Assembly (NCBI GenBank): GCA_963727625.1
Contig: CAVSHR010000009.1
Span: 128,001-192,000, forward strand
Length of the DNA: 64,000 bases
Direction: 5' to 3'
Source of the DNA: an uncultured delta proteobacterium
GTDB taxonomy: Bacteria; Desulfobacterota; Binatia; UBA9968
Position numbers and translations under genes: made by a program. Position 1 is the first letter of the stretch; each line of letters opens with the position of its first letter. The notes beneath the pieces were generated by a model, which saw only the letters and a program-made list of their open reading frames with translations, made no database searches and was not told the DNA's origin. Of the stretch, positions 1 to 10,300 are shown in pieces.

Positions 1-961
1 CCTGGACCATCTCCACTCGTCCAACCTGCACGACTTTCAACCGGGCGCATTCAATAAAGTCGGTCCCGACGGCTGGGTCGACTTCTTGGAAGACGTCGGT
101 ATCGAGACCACCGTTCTTTACACCACCCTCGGGCTCGCCTTCGGCAAGATCGTCAGCCGGGATTGGGCCATTGATGTGGCGCGGGCGTATAACGACTGGC
201 TCTATAACACTTACATGAAACGGAGCCCGCGCTTTAGGGGAATGGGCTTGATTCCGTTACAGGAACCGCAAGCGGCCGTGGACGAACTGCGCCGGATCGT
301 CAAGGAGCTCGGCATGAGCGGCGCCATGCTGCCATCGACAGGTATCCAAGCGAACTTGGGCGATCAACGCTACTGGCCGATTTACGAAGAAGCCAATCGC
401 CTCGGCTGCGCCATCGGCGTGCATGGCGGTGCCCACGAGAATCTCGGGCTTGATGACTTGACTCCTTATGCTCCGGTGCACTCCCTGGGCCATCCCTTCG
501 GCCAGATGATTTCCTTCGGCGGCATGGTGTTCAACGGCATCTTTGATAAATTTCCCAACGTGAAATTCGGCTTCATGGAAGGCGGCGTCGCCTGGTTCCT
601 GGTCTGTATGGAGCGCTTTGACCGCTCGTGGGAAACCCATATTCAGCAAGACCCGCGCAAACGCTTTTTGGAACTCCGTCCCAAAGAAAAAGTCAGCCAA
701 TACATCCAGAGACAGATCGACGCGGGGCGCATCTTCGTCGGCTGCGAAGGCGAAGAGCCGGATATCGCACACGCCATCAAGCGATTCGGCAATAAGCCTT
801 GGGTTTTTTCCAGCGACTACCCGCACGAAGTCAACAACGAGTTCTGCAAACACGAGATCAACGAGTTTATTGAAAACGAAGAGATCGGCGCCGCCGATAA
901 AGCGGCGTTCTTGCATGGCAACGCGCGCCGGTTTTACAGCCTCGGAGCACCGGGACTGTGA
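1..961 (+). CDS. Amidohydrolase_2 family protein (metal-dependent decarboxylase/hydratase-like), 5' end outside the window
   Basis: Frame is open from position 2 (LDHLHSS...DFLEDVGIE). Motifs: ARAYNDWL, YWPIYEEA..LG..IGVH, GIFDKFPNVKFGFMEGG, FSSDYPH, NARRFY. Confidence 0.85.
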   Translation, partial: LDHLHSSNLHDFQPGAFNKVGPDGWVDFLEDVGIETTVLYTTLGLAFGKIVSRDWAIDVARAYNDWLYNTYMKRSPRFRGMGLIPLQEPQAAVDELRRIVKELGMSGAMLPSTGIQANLGDQRYWPIYEEANRLGCAIGVHGGAHENLGLDDLTPYAPVHSLGHPFGQMISFGGMVFNGIFDKFPNVKFGFMEGGVAWFLVCMERFDRSWETHIQQDPRKRFLELRPKEKVSQYIQRQIDAGRIFVGCEGEEPDIAHAIKRFGNKPWVFSSDYPHEVNNEFCKHEINEFIENEEIGAADKAAFLHGNARRFYSLGAPGL

Positions 962-1659
962 GCACCCCGACGAGCATTGGCCTGATCATTCCGTCCGGCA
1001 ATCGCCTGACGGAGCCACAATTTAATCGATATCTCCCGCCAGACGTGGGCGCTCATGTCACGCGCTTGCGCATGACCGGAAAATTTCGCAAACCGCTAGC
1101 GGAACTGAAGCGCCCGCTGATTGAAGCGGCCGAAGCGCTGTCGGATTTGAATCCAAGCCTGATGGTGTTTCACTGCACGGCCAACTCGATGGAGAGCGGT
1201 CTGGCGCATGAAAAAGCTATCGTCGATATTGTCGAGCAAGCCAGCGGCTGCCCAACGATCACGACGGCGCAAGCGCTGACGCAAGCCTTTGACCGGGTCG
1301 GCATCAAGAAACTGGTGCTCATCAGTCCCTACGTCAAGGAAACCAACGCCCACGAGGTTGAGTATCTCAACGAGGCTGGCTATACCGTGTTACACGAGTT
1401 GGGCCTCGGCTTGGAACCCCACGCCTATTCCCAAGTCACACCGGCAGAATGGCAAAAAGTCGTCAAAGAAAATACTCGCGCCGACGCCGACGGATATTTT
1501 CTCAGCTGCACCAACACGCGCATGATCGAAGCGATTGAGAATTTAGAACAGGATCTGGGCAAACCGGTGATCAACAGCAATCAGGCGACGCTCTGGGCCT
1601 GCTTGAAAAAACTCGGCATTAAACACAGCGACACCAAGCTTGGCCGGCTGTTTCAGTAA
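958..1659 (+). CDS. Maleate cis-trans isomerase / arylmalonate decarboxylase (Asp/Glu racemase superfamily)
   Basis: IGLIIPSGN..TE, two Cys motifs (FHCTA, FLSCTN), LGKPVINSNQATLW. GTGA overlap with the upstream stop. Confidence 0.85.
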   Translation: MSTPTSIGLIIPSGNRLTEPQFNRYLPPDVGAHVTRLRMTGKFRKPLAELKRPLIEAAEALSDLNPSLMVFHCTANSMESGLAHEKAIVDIVEQASGCPTITTAQALTQAFDRVGIKKLVLISPYVKETNAHEVEYLNEAGYTVLHELGLGLEPHAYSQVTPAEWQKVVKENTRADADGYFLSCTNTRMIEAIENLEQDLGKPVINSNQATLWACLKKLGIKHSDTKLGRLFQ

Positions 1660-1661
1660 AC

Positions 1662-3908
1662 TCAGAGCAGCCGTCCGGCTTTGGCCAGCTCGGCCAACTT
1701 CTCTCTCAAACCGGTGTTTCTTTTCTCCACCCGCAGGTTGCGAATTGCCATGGCCACCGCCTTGCGGCTACCGACCAACACGACCAGTTTTTTGCCGCGC
1801 GTCACCGCGGTGTAGAGAATGCTGCGGTGCAGCATCATGTAGTGGGAAGTGTGGAGCGGAATGACCACGGCCGGATATTCGCTGCCTTGGCTTTTGTGCA
1901 CCGAAGTGGCGTAGGCCAGACTGATCTCATCGAGCTCATCGGACTCGTAATCAACCACCTTATCGAAAAAATCGACTTTGACGCTGCCGTCTTCGCTGTC
2001 GATGCCGACGATCCGCCCGAGGTCGCCGTTGAACACACCCTTGTCGTAATTGTTGCGCAGCTGCATGACTTTGTCGCCCAGGCGCAGAGTGAAGCCGCCG
2101 CGCTCTAGCGTCTGCCCCTGCGGATTGAGCAGGCTCTGCATCTCGCGGTTGAGATTGACGGTGCCGAGCAAGCCTCGGTGCATCGGCGTCAAGAGTTGGA
2201 TTGTCTGAGCCACCTCAAGCGGTTCCAACTGCAGCGACCTCGGGATGCTTTCGTGCATCAGCTCTTTCACCGTGTCGAGAATCTCATCTTCGGACTCCCG
2301 CGCTATGAAGACAAAATCCTGCGCTTCGCCTTCGTCGCTCAACACCAGGGATTGTCCCTGCAAAATCCGGTGCGCGTTCACCACGATCAAGCTCTCGCGA
2401 TCCTGACGGAAAATGCGCCGCAACACGACCTTGGGCACGACTCCGGAATCGATCAAATCGCGCAGCACGCTGCCCGGTCCTACCGACGGCAATTGATCGA
2501 CGTCGCCGACCAAAATGACATGGCTGTGCGGATCGACGGCGCGCAGCAGATGATCCATCAGCGAAATGTCAACCATCGAAGTTTCGTCGACGATGATGAA
2601 ATCCACTTGCAGAGGGTTATCTTCGCTGCGCTGAAAGCCGCCTTCGCGCGGATTGTATTCGAGCAGCCGGTGGATCGTCATCGCTTCTTCGCCGGCGCTT
2701 TCCGCCATGCGCTTGGCGGCCCGTCCGGTGGGCGCCGCGAGCGCGAAAGTCACCTTGGCGCGGCGCAGGATCGTCAGCAGCGCCATCAATAACGTGGTTT
2801 TGCCGGTTCCCGGCCCGCCGGTAATGACCAGCACCTTTTCCCGCAGGGCTTGCTGGGTGGCGTACACTTGATCCTCATCCAAGGTAAGCGCGACGGGCCC
2901 GAACAACTCGGGGTTGACCAGATCGACCGCGCCCCGCGCGGCGCGGGCCGAGCGATCCCAGGGTCCGATGAACTTTTCGCTCTGCACATAGGAAGGAGTC
3001 GACAACAAATTTTGCAACGTCGCCGCCACGCGTCGCTCGGCATGATAGAGCTCGGCAAGATAAATCTGCGTGGCCTCGCCTTCGCTCCATTCTTGCAGCA
3101 CCAGATCACCCTTCGACGCCAGCTTGCGCACCGCCGCATCGACCGGATCCTCGTCGATGTTCAACAGCGCGGCGGCGTTGCGCTTGAGTGAATCGAGATG
3201 CGCGTAGCAATGACCGCGCTCAGCCAGCTCGCGCAACACGTGCAAAACCCCGGCCTGCGCTCTGAGCGGAAAATCACCGCGAATGCCGATATGATGGGCG
3301 AGTCGATCGGCAAGTAGAAAGCCGATGCCGTGCACTTGCTGCGCCAGCGCATAGGGATTTTCCCTAACCTGGGCGATGGTATCGGCGCCAAAGACCCGGT
3401 AAATTCGCAGCGCCAGCGAAGCGCCCACACCGTGGCCTTGGAGAAACACCATTACATCCTGCATGCCGCGCTGTGTTTGCCAGGCTTCCATGATCCGGCG
3501 CGCGCGCACTTCGCCGATGCCGTCCACGTCAAGGATGCGCAAAGGTTCTTCGGACAACACGCGCAAGGTGTCGAGGCCGAAGGCGGTGACCAGGCGCTTC
3601 GCATAGCTCGGGCCGATCCCTTTGATCAGCCCCGAGCCGAGATATTTTTCGATGCCTTCGATGGTGGCGGGATCGATCTTTTCCCAGTGCTCGACTTGAA
3701 ACTGCAGGCCGTAACGCGGATGGCGTTTCCACATGCCGGAGACTTTTATCTCTTCGCCCTCGGCGACGGGGAAAAGCGTGCCGACCACTGTAACGGCGGG
3801 ACCGCCGTCCTCGTCCAACCGTGCCACCGTGTAATGGGTTTCCGGGCTGTGGTAGGTGATCCGGCTGATAGTGCCTTGTAACGCTGTTTCGCTCTGTTTT
3901 TCGGCCAA
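1662..3908 (-). CDS. recD2: ATP-dependent RecD-like DNA helicase (RecD2)
   Basis: HPRYGLQF, HhH motif YLGSGLIKGIG, Walker A ITGGPGTGKT, VDETSM, GDVDQLPSVGPG, YATSVHKSQGSE, LYTAVTRGK. Confidence 0.93.
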   Translation of the reverse strand: MAEKQSETALQGTISRITYHSPETHYTVARLDEDGGPAVTVVGTLFPVAEGEEIKVSGMWKRHPRYGLQFQVEHWEKIDPATIEGIEKYLGSGLIKGIGPSYAKRLVTAFGLDTLRVLSEEPLRILDVDGIGEVRARRIMEAWQTQRGMQDVMVFLQGHGVGASLALRIYRVFGADTIAQVRENPYALAQQVHGIGFLLADRLAHHIGIRGDFPLRAQAGVLHVLRELAERGHCYAHLDSLKRNAAALLNIDEDPVDAAVRKLASKGDLVLQEWSEGEATQIYLAELYHAERRVAATLQNLLSTPSYVQSEKFIGPWDRSARAARGAVDLVNPELFGPVALTLDEDQVYATQQALREKVLVITGGPGTGKTTLLMALLTILRRAKVTFALAAPTGRAAKRMAESAGEEAMTIHRLLEYNPREGGFQRSEDNPLQVDFIIVDETSMVDISLMDHLLRAVDPHSHVILVGDVDQLPSVGPGSVLRDLIDSGVVPKVVLRRIFRQDRESLIVVNAHRILQGQSLVLSDEGEAQDFVFIARESEDEILDTVKELMHESIPRSLQLEPLEVAQTIQLLTPMHRGLLGTVNLNREMQSLLNPQGQTLERGGFTLRLGDKVMQLRNNYDKGVFNGDLGRIVGIDSEDGSVKVDFFDKVVDYESDELDEISLAYATSVHKSQGSEYPAVVIPLHTSHYMMLHRSILYTAVTRGKKLVVLVGSRKAVAMAIRNLRVEKRNTGLREKLAELAKAGRLL

Positions 3909-4122
3909 GAGTCGCTCCCGGCCGCTATCCTACTTGAAAGCTTGGGTGGCGTAAACGACGGCCTTGCCTTTTCCATGTTGGGCGCTACAATTCCAGCCAA
4001 ATCAAGGATGTCCAAACCCGCTTCCTATAATAGGCTGTCCCCCGCCTAAACCTTTTGGCCAAAGCGCGACACACCGCCGCGGTACCGACCGGCCGGCCGA
4101 TCGATACCAGGAGAGGTTGAAT

Positions 4123-5430
4123 ATGACCATAGATGACTTTTGGCTCGAAGCGCTTCTGATCTTCGCCTTAATTTTTGCCAACGGTTTTTTTGCCGCTTCG
4201 GAAATCGCCATGATTACGATGCGCAAGAGCCGCATCGCCACCTTGTTGGAAAGAGGCGTCAAATCCGCCGCCATCGTCGCCCGATTAAAAGACGATCCCG
4301 ATCGCTTCCTCGCTACCGTGCAGATCGGCGTCACCCTGGTCAGTTCTCTGGCATCCGCCATCGGCGGCGCAGCGGCCATCGGCTACTTGAAGCCGCAGAT
4401 CGCCGCATTGCCTTTCGCCGCGCGTTGGTCTGAAGCGATCGCCCTGATAATCGTTGTCGTGCCGATTTCTTATTTTTCGCTCGTGCTCGGCGAGCTCGTG
4501 CCTAAATCTCTCGCGCTCAGATACTCTGAGCAGATCGCCTGTTTCGTCGCCCGGCCCATCGAGCTCCTCGCCCGCACCAGCTTTGTCTTCGTCAAGGCGC
4601 TGACGGCGTCGAGCAACGCGGTGCTGCGCCTGCTCGGCGGCAAGGACGCCGAAGGCGCAAGCTTCATTTCGGTGGACGAAGTCAAGTCGCTGATCCGCGA
4701 GGGCGCTGCCAAGGGAATCTTCAACGAGACCGAGAAGGAGCTGATTCACAGCGTATTCGAATTCGCCGACACGGCGGTCAAAGCGGTGATGATCCCACGC
4801 ACAGAGATTCACGCGATCGAGGCCCACTCCTCCCTCGCCGATGCCGCCAAGAGCTTTGTCGAAAGCGGCTTCTCACGCATTCCCGCTTATGAAAGCGAAC
4901 TCGATAAAATCATCGGTATTGTTTACAACAAAGACGTTTTTAAAGCGCTCCAGGAAAAGAGTGATTTTCGCGTGCGCGACCATCTCCACCCGGCCTTTTT
5001 CGTGCCCAGCACGCTGCCGATCAGCGAGCTCTTAAAGCAGCTTCAGCGCCGCCGCCTAGCCATGGCTCTGGTGGTCAACGAGTTCGGCGAAGTCGAAGGG
5101 CTGGTCACCCTGGAAGATCTGGTTGAAGAGATCGTCGGCGAGATTCGCGACGAATATGATCGCGAAGAACGCGGGCCGGTGGAGCGCCTGCCAGACGGCT
5201 CCATGGTGATTCAAGGCTCGGCGCTGCTCAAAGACTTAAAAACCGATTTTGATCTACCCTTTGAAGAGTCCCCGGACTACCACACGCTTGCGGGATTTAT
5301 GCTCGCCCGGCTAAAGCGCATTCCGCGTGGCGGCGAATGGGTCGAGGAGCACGGCCACAAGCTAACCATCGTCGATATGGAAGGGCGGCGCATCTTGAAA
5401 ATCAAGTCGGAAAAAACCGTCGCGGCGTGA
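4123..5430 (+). CDS. HlyC/CorC (CNNM) family membrane protein with CBS pair and CorC domain
   Basis: ANGFFAASEIA, FLATVQIGVT, LVLGELVPK, VMIPR, GFSRIP, GLVTLEDLVEEIVGEIRDEYD. ATG at 4123 follows AGGAGAGG. Confidence 0.92.
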   Translation: MTIDDFWLEALLIFALIFANGFFAASEIAMITMRKSRIATLLERGVKSAAIVARLKDDPDRFLATVQIGVTLVSSLASAIGGAAAIGYLKPQIAALPFAARWSEAIALIIVVVPISYFSLVLGELVPKSLALRYSEQIACFVARPIELLARTSFVFVKALTASSNAVLRLLGGKDAEGASFISVDEVKSLIREGAAKGIFNETEKELIHSVFEFADTAVKAVMIPRTEIHAIEAHSSLADAAKSFVESGFSRIPAYESELDKIIGIVYNKDVFKALQEKSDFRVRDHLHPAFFVPSTLPISELLKQLQRRRLAMALVVNEFGEVEGLVTLEDLVEEIVGEIRDEYDREERGPVERLPDGSMVIQGSALLKDLKTDFDLPFEESPDYHTLAGFMLARLKRIPRGGEWVEEHGHKLTIVDMEGRRILKIKSEKTVAA

Positions 5431-5464
5431 CCGCGTAAACACCCACTACACATTGTATGGCGGA

Positions 5465-5878
5465 TCAGTAACAACGGATCTCAATCTCGTTGCCGTCGGG
5501 ATCGAGAAAATAAACCGAAGTCGCACGACCGCACGCGCCCCAGCGTGACACCGGTCCTTCGCGGACGGAAACTCTATGTGCCGCCAGATAGTTGACGATA
5601 CCGGCAAAACCCGCGGCGTCGACGACCATGCAAAAATGATTTAGGTTGCCGTCATTTTTCGCGCCGCTGAGCGCCGGCATCTTCTCCTTGGCGGGAAACA
5701 AATCGATGATCGTCGCATCATTGATGCGCACCGATGGGAAGCCGACCCGGCCGGCTCTAAACTCCTCGACCCGCTCGCCCTTTAGGCCGAGAATTTCACC
5801 GTAGAATGCCAGGGAGCGCTCAACGTCGCCGACGTTGAGCACGATATGGTCCAACCCCGTGATGTTTAGCCTTGCCAT
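5465..5878 (-). CDS. VOC (glyoxalase/bleomycin resistance) family protein
   Basis: GLDHIVLNVGDVERSLAFY, NLNHFC, SVYFLDPDGNEIE. Confidence 0.88.
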   Translation of the reverse strand: MARLNITGLDHIVLNVGDVERSLAFYGEILGLKGERVEEFRAGRVGFPSVRINDATIIDLFPAKEKMPALSGAKNDGNLNHFCMVVDAAGFAGIVNYLAAHRVSVREGPVSRWGACGRATSVYFLDPDGNEIEIRCY

Positions 5879-5891
5879 GGTCGAACTCCTT

Positions 5892-6977
5892 TCACGGCAC
5901 CGCCGCCGCAGCGGTCACTGAGAGCGTGCCGATTGCCGCCAACTCTTTCAAGAGTACTTGAACTTCCTTGGGTTTGCCCACTGTGATGCGCAGGCAGTCT
6001 TGCAACCCCGGCAGATCGAAATAACGCACCAGTATCATCCTGCGCTTGAGCGCCTCATAGACCGGTTTCAAGCTCGCTCCCTGCTTGCGCGCCAAAACGA
6101 AATTCGCATGGGACGGATAAACCTGAAAGCCCAGCCGCTTGAGCGCCGTAGTGAGCCGCTTGCGGCTCTGTCGAATGCGCCGCGCGTTGCGATTCATCCA
6201 GGGCAGGTCTTGTAACGCCGCGGTCGCAGCGACAAGACTCAGGCGGTTCAAGTTGTAGGAATCTTTGACCTTCATCATGCCGGCGATGATTTCCTCTGAC
6301 GCGAAGGCCAGGCCGATGCGCATGCCGGCAAGGGAAAAGGATTTAGACAAGGTTCGCAGCACGACCAAATTGGGCAACCGCTGGATCAGCGGCATCGACG
6401 AGGCCCCTTCGCTATCGGCAAAGTCGATATAGGCTTCGTCGACGACCAGGATACCGGAAATCGCACGCGCCAGTTTTTCGATTTCTGGCGAGGGTACGAG
6501 CGTACCCGATGGCGCGTTGGGATTACATAGAAACGTTAGCGCCGCCTCCTGCCCGGCCAGTGCCAAGGGCATGGAAAAATCTGCCGGGTAATCGACCGTG
6601 GCCCGGATACCGTCGTGGATCTCAACCAGGGTATCGTAAAGCGAGTAAGTGGGAATCGGAAAAGCGACCCGGTCGCCCGGACCGACAAAACAACGGAGCA
6701 ACATCGACAAGAGCTCATCCGAACCGTTGCCGGCGATGATATTTGCCGGCCTGACGCCGAACACGCCCGCAGCCACCGTGCGCAAGCTATCGCTCAATGG
6801 TTCCGGATAGAGCCGCAGAGATGCGTTGACCGCTTGCCGAAGTGCGGCGTACACCTTGGGCGACGGCGGGTAGGGGTTTTCGTTGGTATTTAACTTAATA
6901 ATCCCCGGGTCCTGTAGCTGTTCGCCCGGGACATACCCCGCCATGGTGGCAATGTTCGATCGAAAATAATTCGCCAT
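5892..6977 (-). CDS. hisC: Histidinol-phosphate aminotransferase
   Basis: IKLNTNENPYPPSP, GNGSDE, NPNAPSG, VVDEAYIDF, PLP-Lys motif RTLSKSFSLAGMRIG, LRITVG. Confidence 0.93.
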   Translation of the reverse strand: MANYFRSNIATMAGYVPGEQLQDPGIIKLNTNENPYPPSPKVYAALRQAVNASLRLYPEPLSDSLRTVAAGVFGVRPANIIAGNGSDELLSMLLRCFVGPGDRVAFPIPTYSLYDTLVEIHDGIRATVDYPADFSMPLALAGQEAALTFLCNPNAPSGTLVPSPEIEKLARAISGILVVDEAYIDFADSEGASSMPLIQRLPNLVVLRTLSKSFSLAGMRIGLAFASEEIIAGMMKVKDSYNLNRLSLVAATAALQDLPWMNRNARRIRQSRKRLTTALKRLGFQVYPSHANFVLARKQGASLKPVYEALKRRMILVRYFDLPGLQDCLRITVGKPKEVQVLLKELAAIGTLSVTAAAAVP

Positions 6978-7139
6978 AGCCCTGAAGTTTATCGGCAGCC
7001 AGAACGCTTTTCAAATCGTCTTTCGCCGTCGAGGTGAAATGTCAAACTTGCAGAATTGCCACCTTCATCAATCCCGAACTCTGATTTAGCGGTTGATCCA
7101 AGTATCGCCAAGAGAGTCCGGTACACCGACAACTAATGA

Positions 7140-7278
7140 GACAAATTTGTCCAACGATTCCTGGAATTGTCCAAATTTCCTCAATTTTCCGGTTTACGCG
7201 GGATCCGGCCCAAGACCCTGGTTTTTAACTATATGATTTTAAATGACTCTTTATTCCGCCAGTGGCATGTTTTTGGCT
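7140..7278 (+). promoter_or_regulatory. Predicted sigma-54 promoter with IHF-like site and upstream palindrome
   Basis: TGGCATGTTTTTGGCT (7263-7278) has correct -24 GG / -12 GC spacing. TAACTATATGATT (7226-7238) is one mismatch from the IHF consensus YAANNNNTTGATW. Palindrome GACAAATTTGTC at 7140-7151. Confidence 0.6.
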
Positions 7279-7360
7279 ATAGCGTCATAGTTGGCTGAGC
7301 CCTTGGACCGTTGCAGCATTGATTTTCCAGCTCACCCGGCCGAGGCAGAGTTTTAGTTGC

Positions 7361-10300
7361 ATGGACTTCAGCAAATTCCCCAAAAGCGATCCTGCAGCCC
7401 TGCTGCTCAATGAGATCGAGATCTTGCAGGCGCAAGCCCGCTTGATCGAGCTTTACCTTAAACAAGCCCAGGCCACCTCCGATGATGAAATCGCGCGCCT
7501 GCACGCTCGTTATGAAAACGAGCTCACGGCGCTGCGCGCCGAGCTCGCTGCCAAAGAAGCTTCTGCGCGTCGCGAGTCCGAACCGGCGCCCGATGCCGGG
7601 CTGCGCGAACAATTCGAGTCTTTGAAAAACCAACTAGCCGAAGAACAACGGGCGGTCGAAAGCCGCAATGCCGAGCTGCATAGCGCCAAGTCGGATGCCG
7701 ATGATTTGCGCGACCGGATCAGCCAATTGGAATTCGTGCACCAGCAAGCGCAGGCGGCCGTGAGCCAGACTGTGCAAGCGCGACAAGAATTGGAGGCGGA
7801 CCTCGCGACCGTTCGCGGCCAACTGGCGGATCAGCAAGAGGGTCTCCAACAACACCAACGGGTCGCCCACCAGATTCAGGAGAGCTTACAGAGTCAACTC
7901 GCTCAACTACACGACCAGCTGGCAACGCAATCCTATAATGCCGCCACGGAGCTCGAAGCAGCAGCCAATGAAATCGCCGCTCTGCGTTACCACATCGGCG
8001 AGCTGCAAGCGAGCTTGCAAGAGACTCAAGGGCGCGCGGCGCGGGAAATCGAACAGGCTCGGGCGCAATCTGACGCCGAGCTGGCCATCCTGCGCTCTAC
8101 CCTGGAGACACGCGAGCAAAGCCTACGGGAAAATCAGGCCGCAACGATCGAGATCGAGGGCAATCTCAAGAGCGAAATACTCGGGATTCGGAACCAGCTC
8201 GCACAAAAACAGGCACTGGTGGAGTCGCGCGTTCAGGAACTCAGCGCCGCCAGCGCGCGCGTCGCCCTACTTGAGCAAGAGCTCGCCGAGCGCGTTGCAG
8301 CCCACCACTCGGCGCACGCGAAAGCCGAGGAGCTCGACGCCCTGCGTCGCGCCAATGAAAACCAGATCGCTGAACTAGAGCATCAAGTGGCAGTCAAAGA
8401 GCGCGCCCTCGGCGAGCGCCAAGAAGCAGTCACCGCCGTCGAGCTGGCGTTGCATAGTCGAATTCAAGCACTCCAACAGGAGCTCGCCCGCAACCGTAGC
8501 GAAATCCAGGAGCGCGAAGTTGACGCGAGCACAGCGCGGGCTGAAGCGGAAAGTCTGCGGGGGAGAATCAGCGCGCTGGAATCCGCAGCCGCCGACGCCG
8601 CGCTTCGCGCACAAGAGCTCGCCGAGGCCGCAAGTCGCGACCTGCAAAAGGAGATTAACGGCTTGCGCGCGACCCTGGCGCGACAAGAATCGACCGCCGC
8701 GTATCGAGAGAACGCTCTGAAATCCGCCCTCGATGAATTGAACGCCGAGATCAACCAAAGACGCAGGGAGCTGGAACAGCAACATGAATTAACCGACCAG
8801 CTCAACAGCGAGATCGAGCAGGTGCGGGGAAATATAGCTGCCGCCGAGAAGCAAAAGGCGCAGTCCGAGCAAGCCCGCAGCCGGGTCGAGGAGAACTGGC
8901 TGGAGGCTAGCAATATTTGCCGGGATCTGGAAACCCGTCTGGAAGCGAAAGACGCCGAGCTTAACGCGCGCCTCGCCGATTTGCGTGAGCACAATGAGTC
9001 GACGCTGCGCGAGCGGGAAGGCACCTTTCAAGCTCATGAAGCGCAGTTACAAGACGAGCTACGGCGCCTACGCGAGCAATGCCAAAACCACCACGATGCT
9101 ATGGCCGAGGCGCATCTGGAGCTCGATGCGCTGCGCGCCGAGATCGCCGCGCTTGAAGTCCGCCATTCTCAAACCGAACAATTTCGCTGCGAACTCGAAA
9201 AGAACTTGGAAGAAGCTCTCGCCCACGGCAAAGATTTACAATCCCGGCTTGATGCTAAAGACCAAGAGCTCCGTGACTCAGCCGCGGCCGCGCAGCTTGA
9301 AAAAGAAGTGGCGCTCACTGCGCGAGACGAAGCCCTCAAATCTCTAGTAGGGCAACTGAGCGGAGAGATCGATCAGTTGCGCGCTCAGACCCAAGAACAA
9401 CAGAGCGAAGCCGCCGAGGCACAAAATGAAATCAATCGACTGCGCGAGGCGATCACCGCGCTCGATGCAGGCGTACACGCCAAAGACGAAGAGCTCAAAG
9501 CCACGCGAATTACCGCCGTCGATCAAGCGCGCCAGCTCGACAGCAAAATTAAAGAACTGCAATGTCAAATCGCCGAAAAGCAATTGCTCGTCGAAAGTCG
9601 CGTGGCCGAGGTTGCCGGGCTGGAGGCCGAACTGAGCCGCGCCACGGAGCATCTTGCCCGAAGGGACGCCGCCGAAGACGAAACTAGAAACACCTATTTG
9701 AGAGACACCGAAGCCATCCGCACGGCGCACCTGGCCGAGCTATCAAGCTTGCAGGAACAATTCCGCGCCGAGCGGCAAGGCCCTGAGAACGAGCTTGCCC
9801 GCGCGCAGTTAGATGTCGCCCTTTTGAACCAGCAAGTTTCTGAGATGGAGGAGCAACGTCGTGCCGCCGAGACGCGACTGCAAGAGCGGGAACAGGAATT
9901 AGCCGCGGTAGCGGCCGAAGCTTCTCATTTGCACACGCGACTCGATCAAGTCGAAGCCCTGCGACAGAAAGAACAAGCTGCCACGGAAGCAGACGAGCAA
10001 GCTCGCCAAGGGCTGGATGGCGAGCTGGCCACGTTGCGCTACGAGCTGCAACAGAAAGCTTGGGCTCTGGCCCAGCAGCAGGCGACCCTGGACAATTCGG
10101 CGCTGGCCCATAAAAATCAGATCCAAAAGTTCGAAAGCAGGATCGACGAACAGCAACGCGGCATTGAAGAGCGGGACGGAGCACTCGAAAGTGCCCACCT
10201 GCGCGCCCAATCCTTGGAGCAGCGCGTTAACGAGCTGCAAGCCGAACTGCAACAAGCCGAACGGACGGCTCTGGAGCAAACCCAGCAGCTAACCGAAGAT

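Noticed and set aside
3964-4122. Upstream extension of the CorC/HlyC ORF
   Set aside because: Pro-rich and non-homologous; a good RBS precedes ATG 4123.
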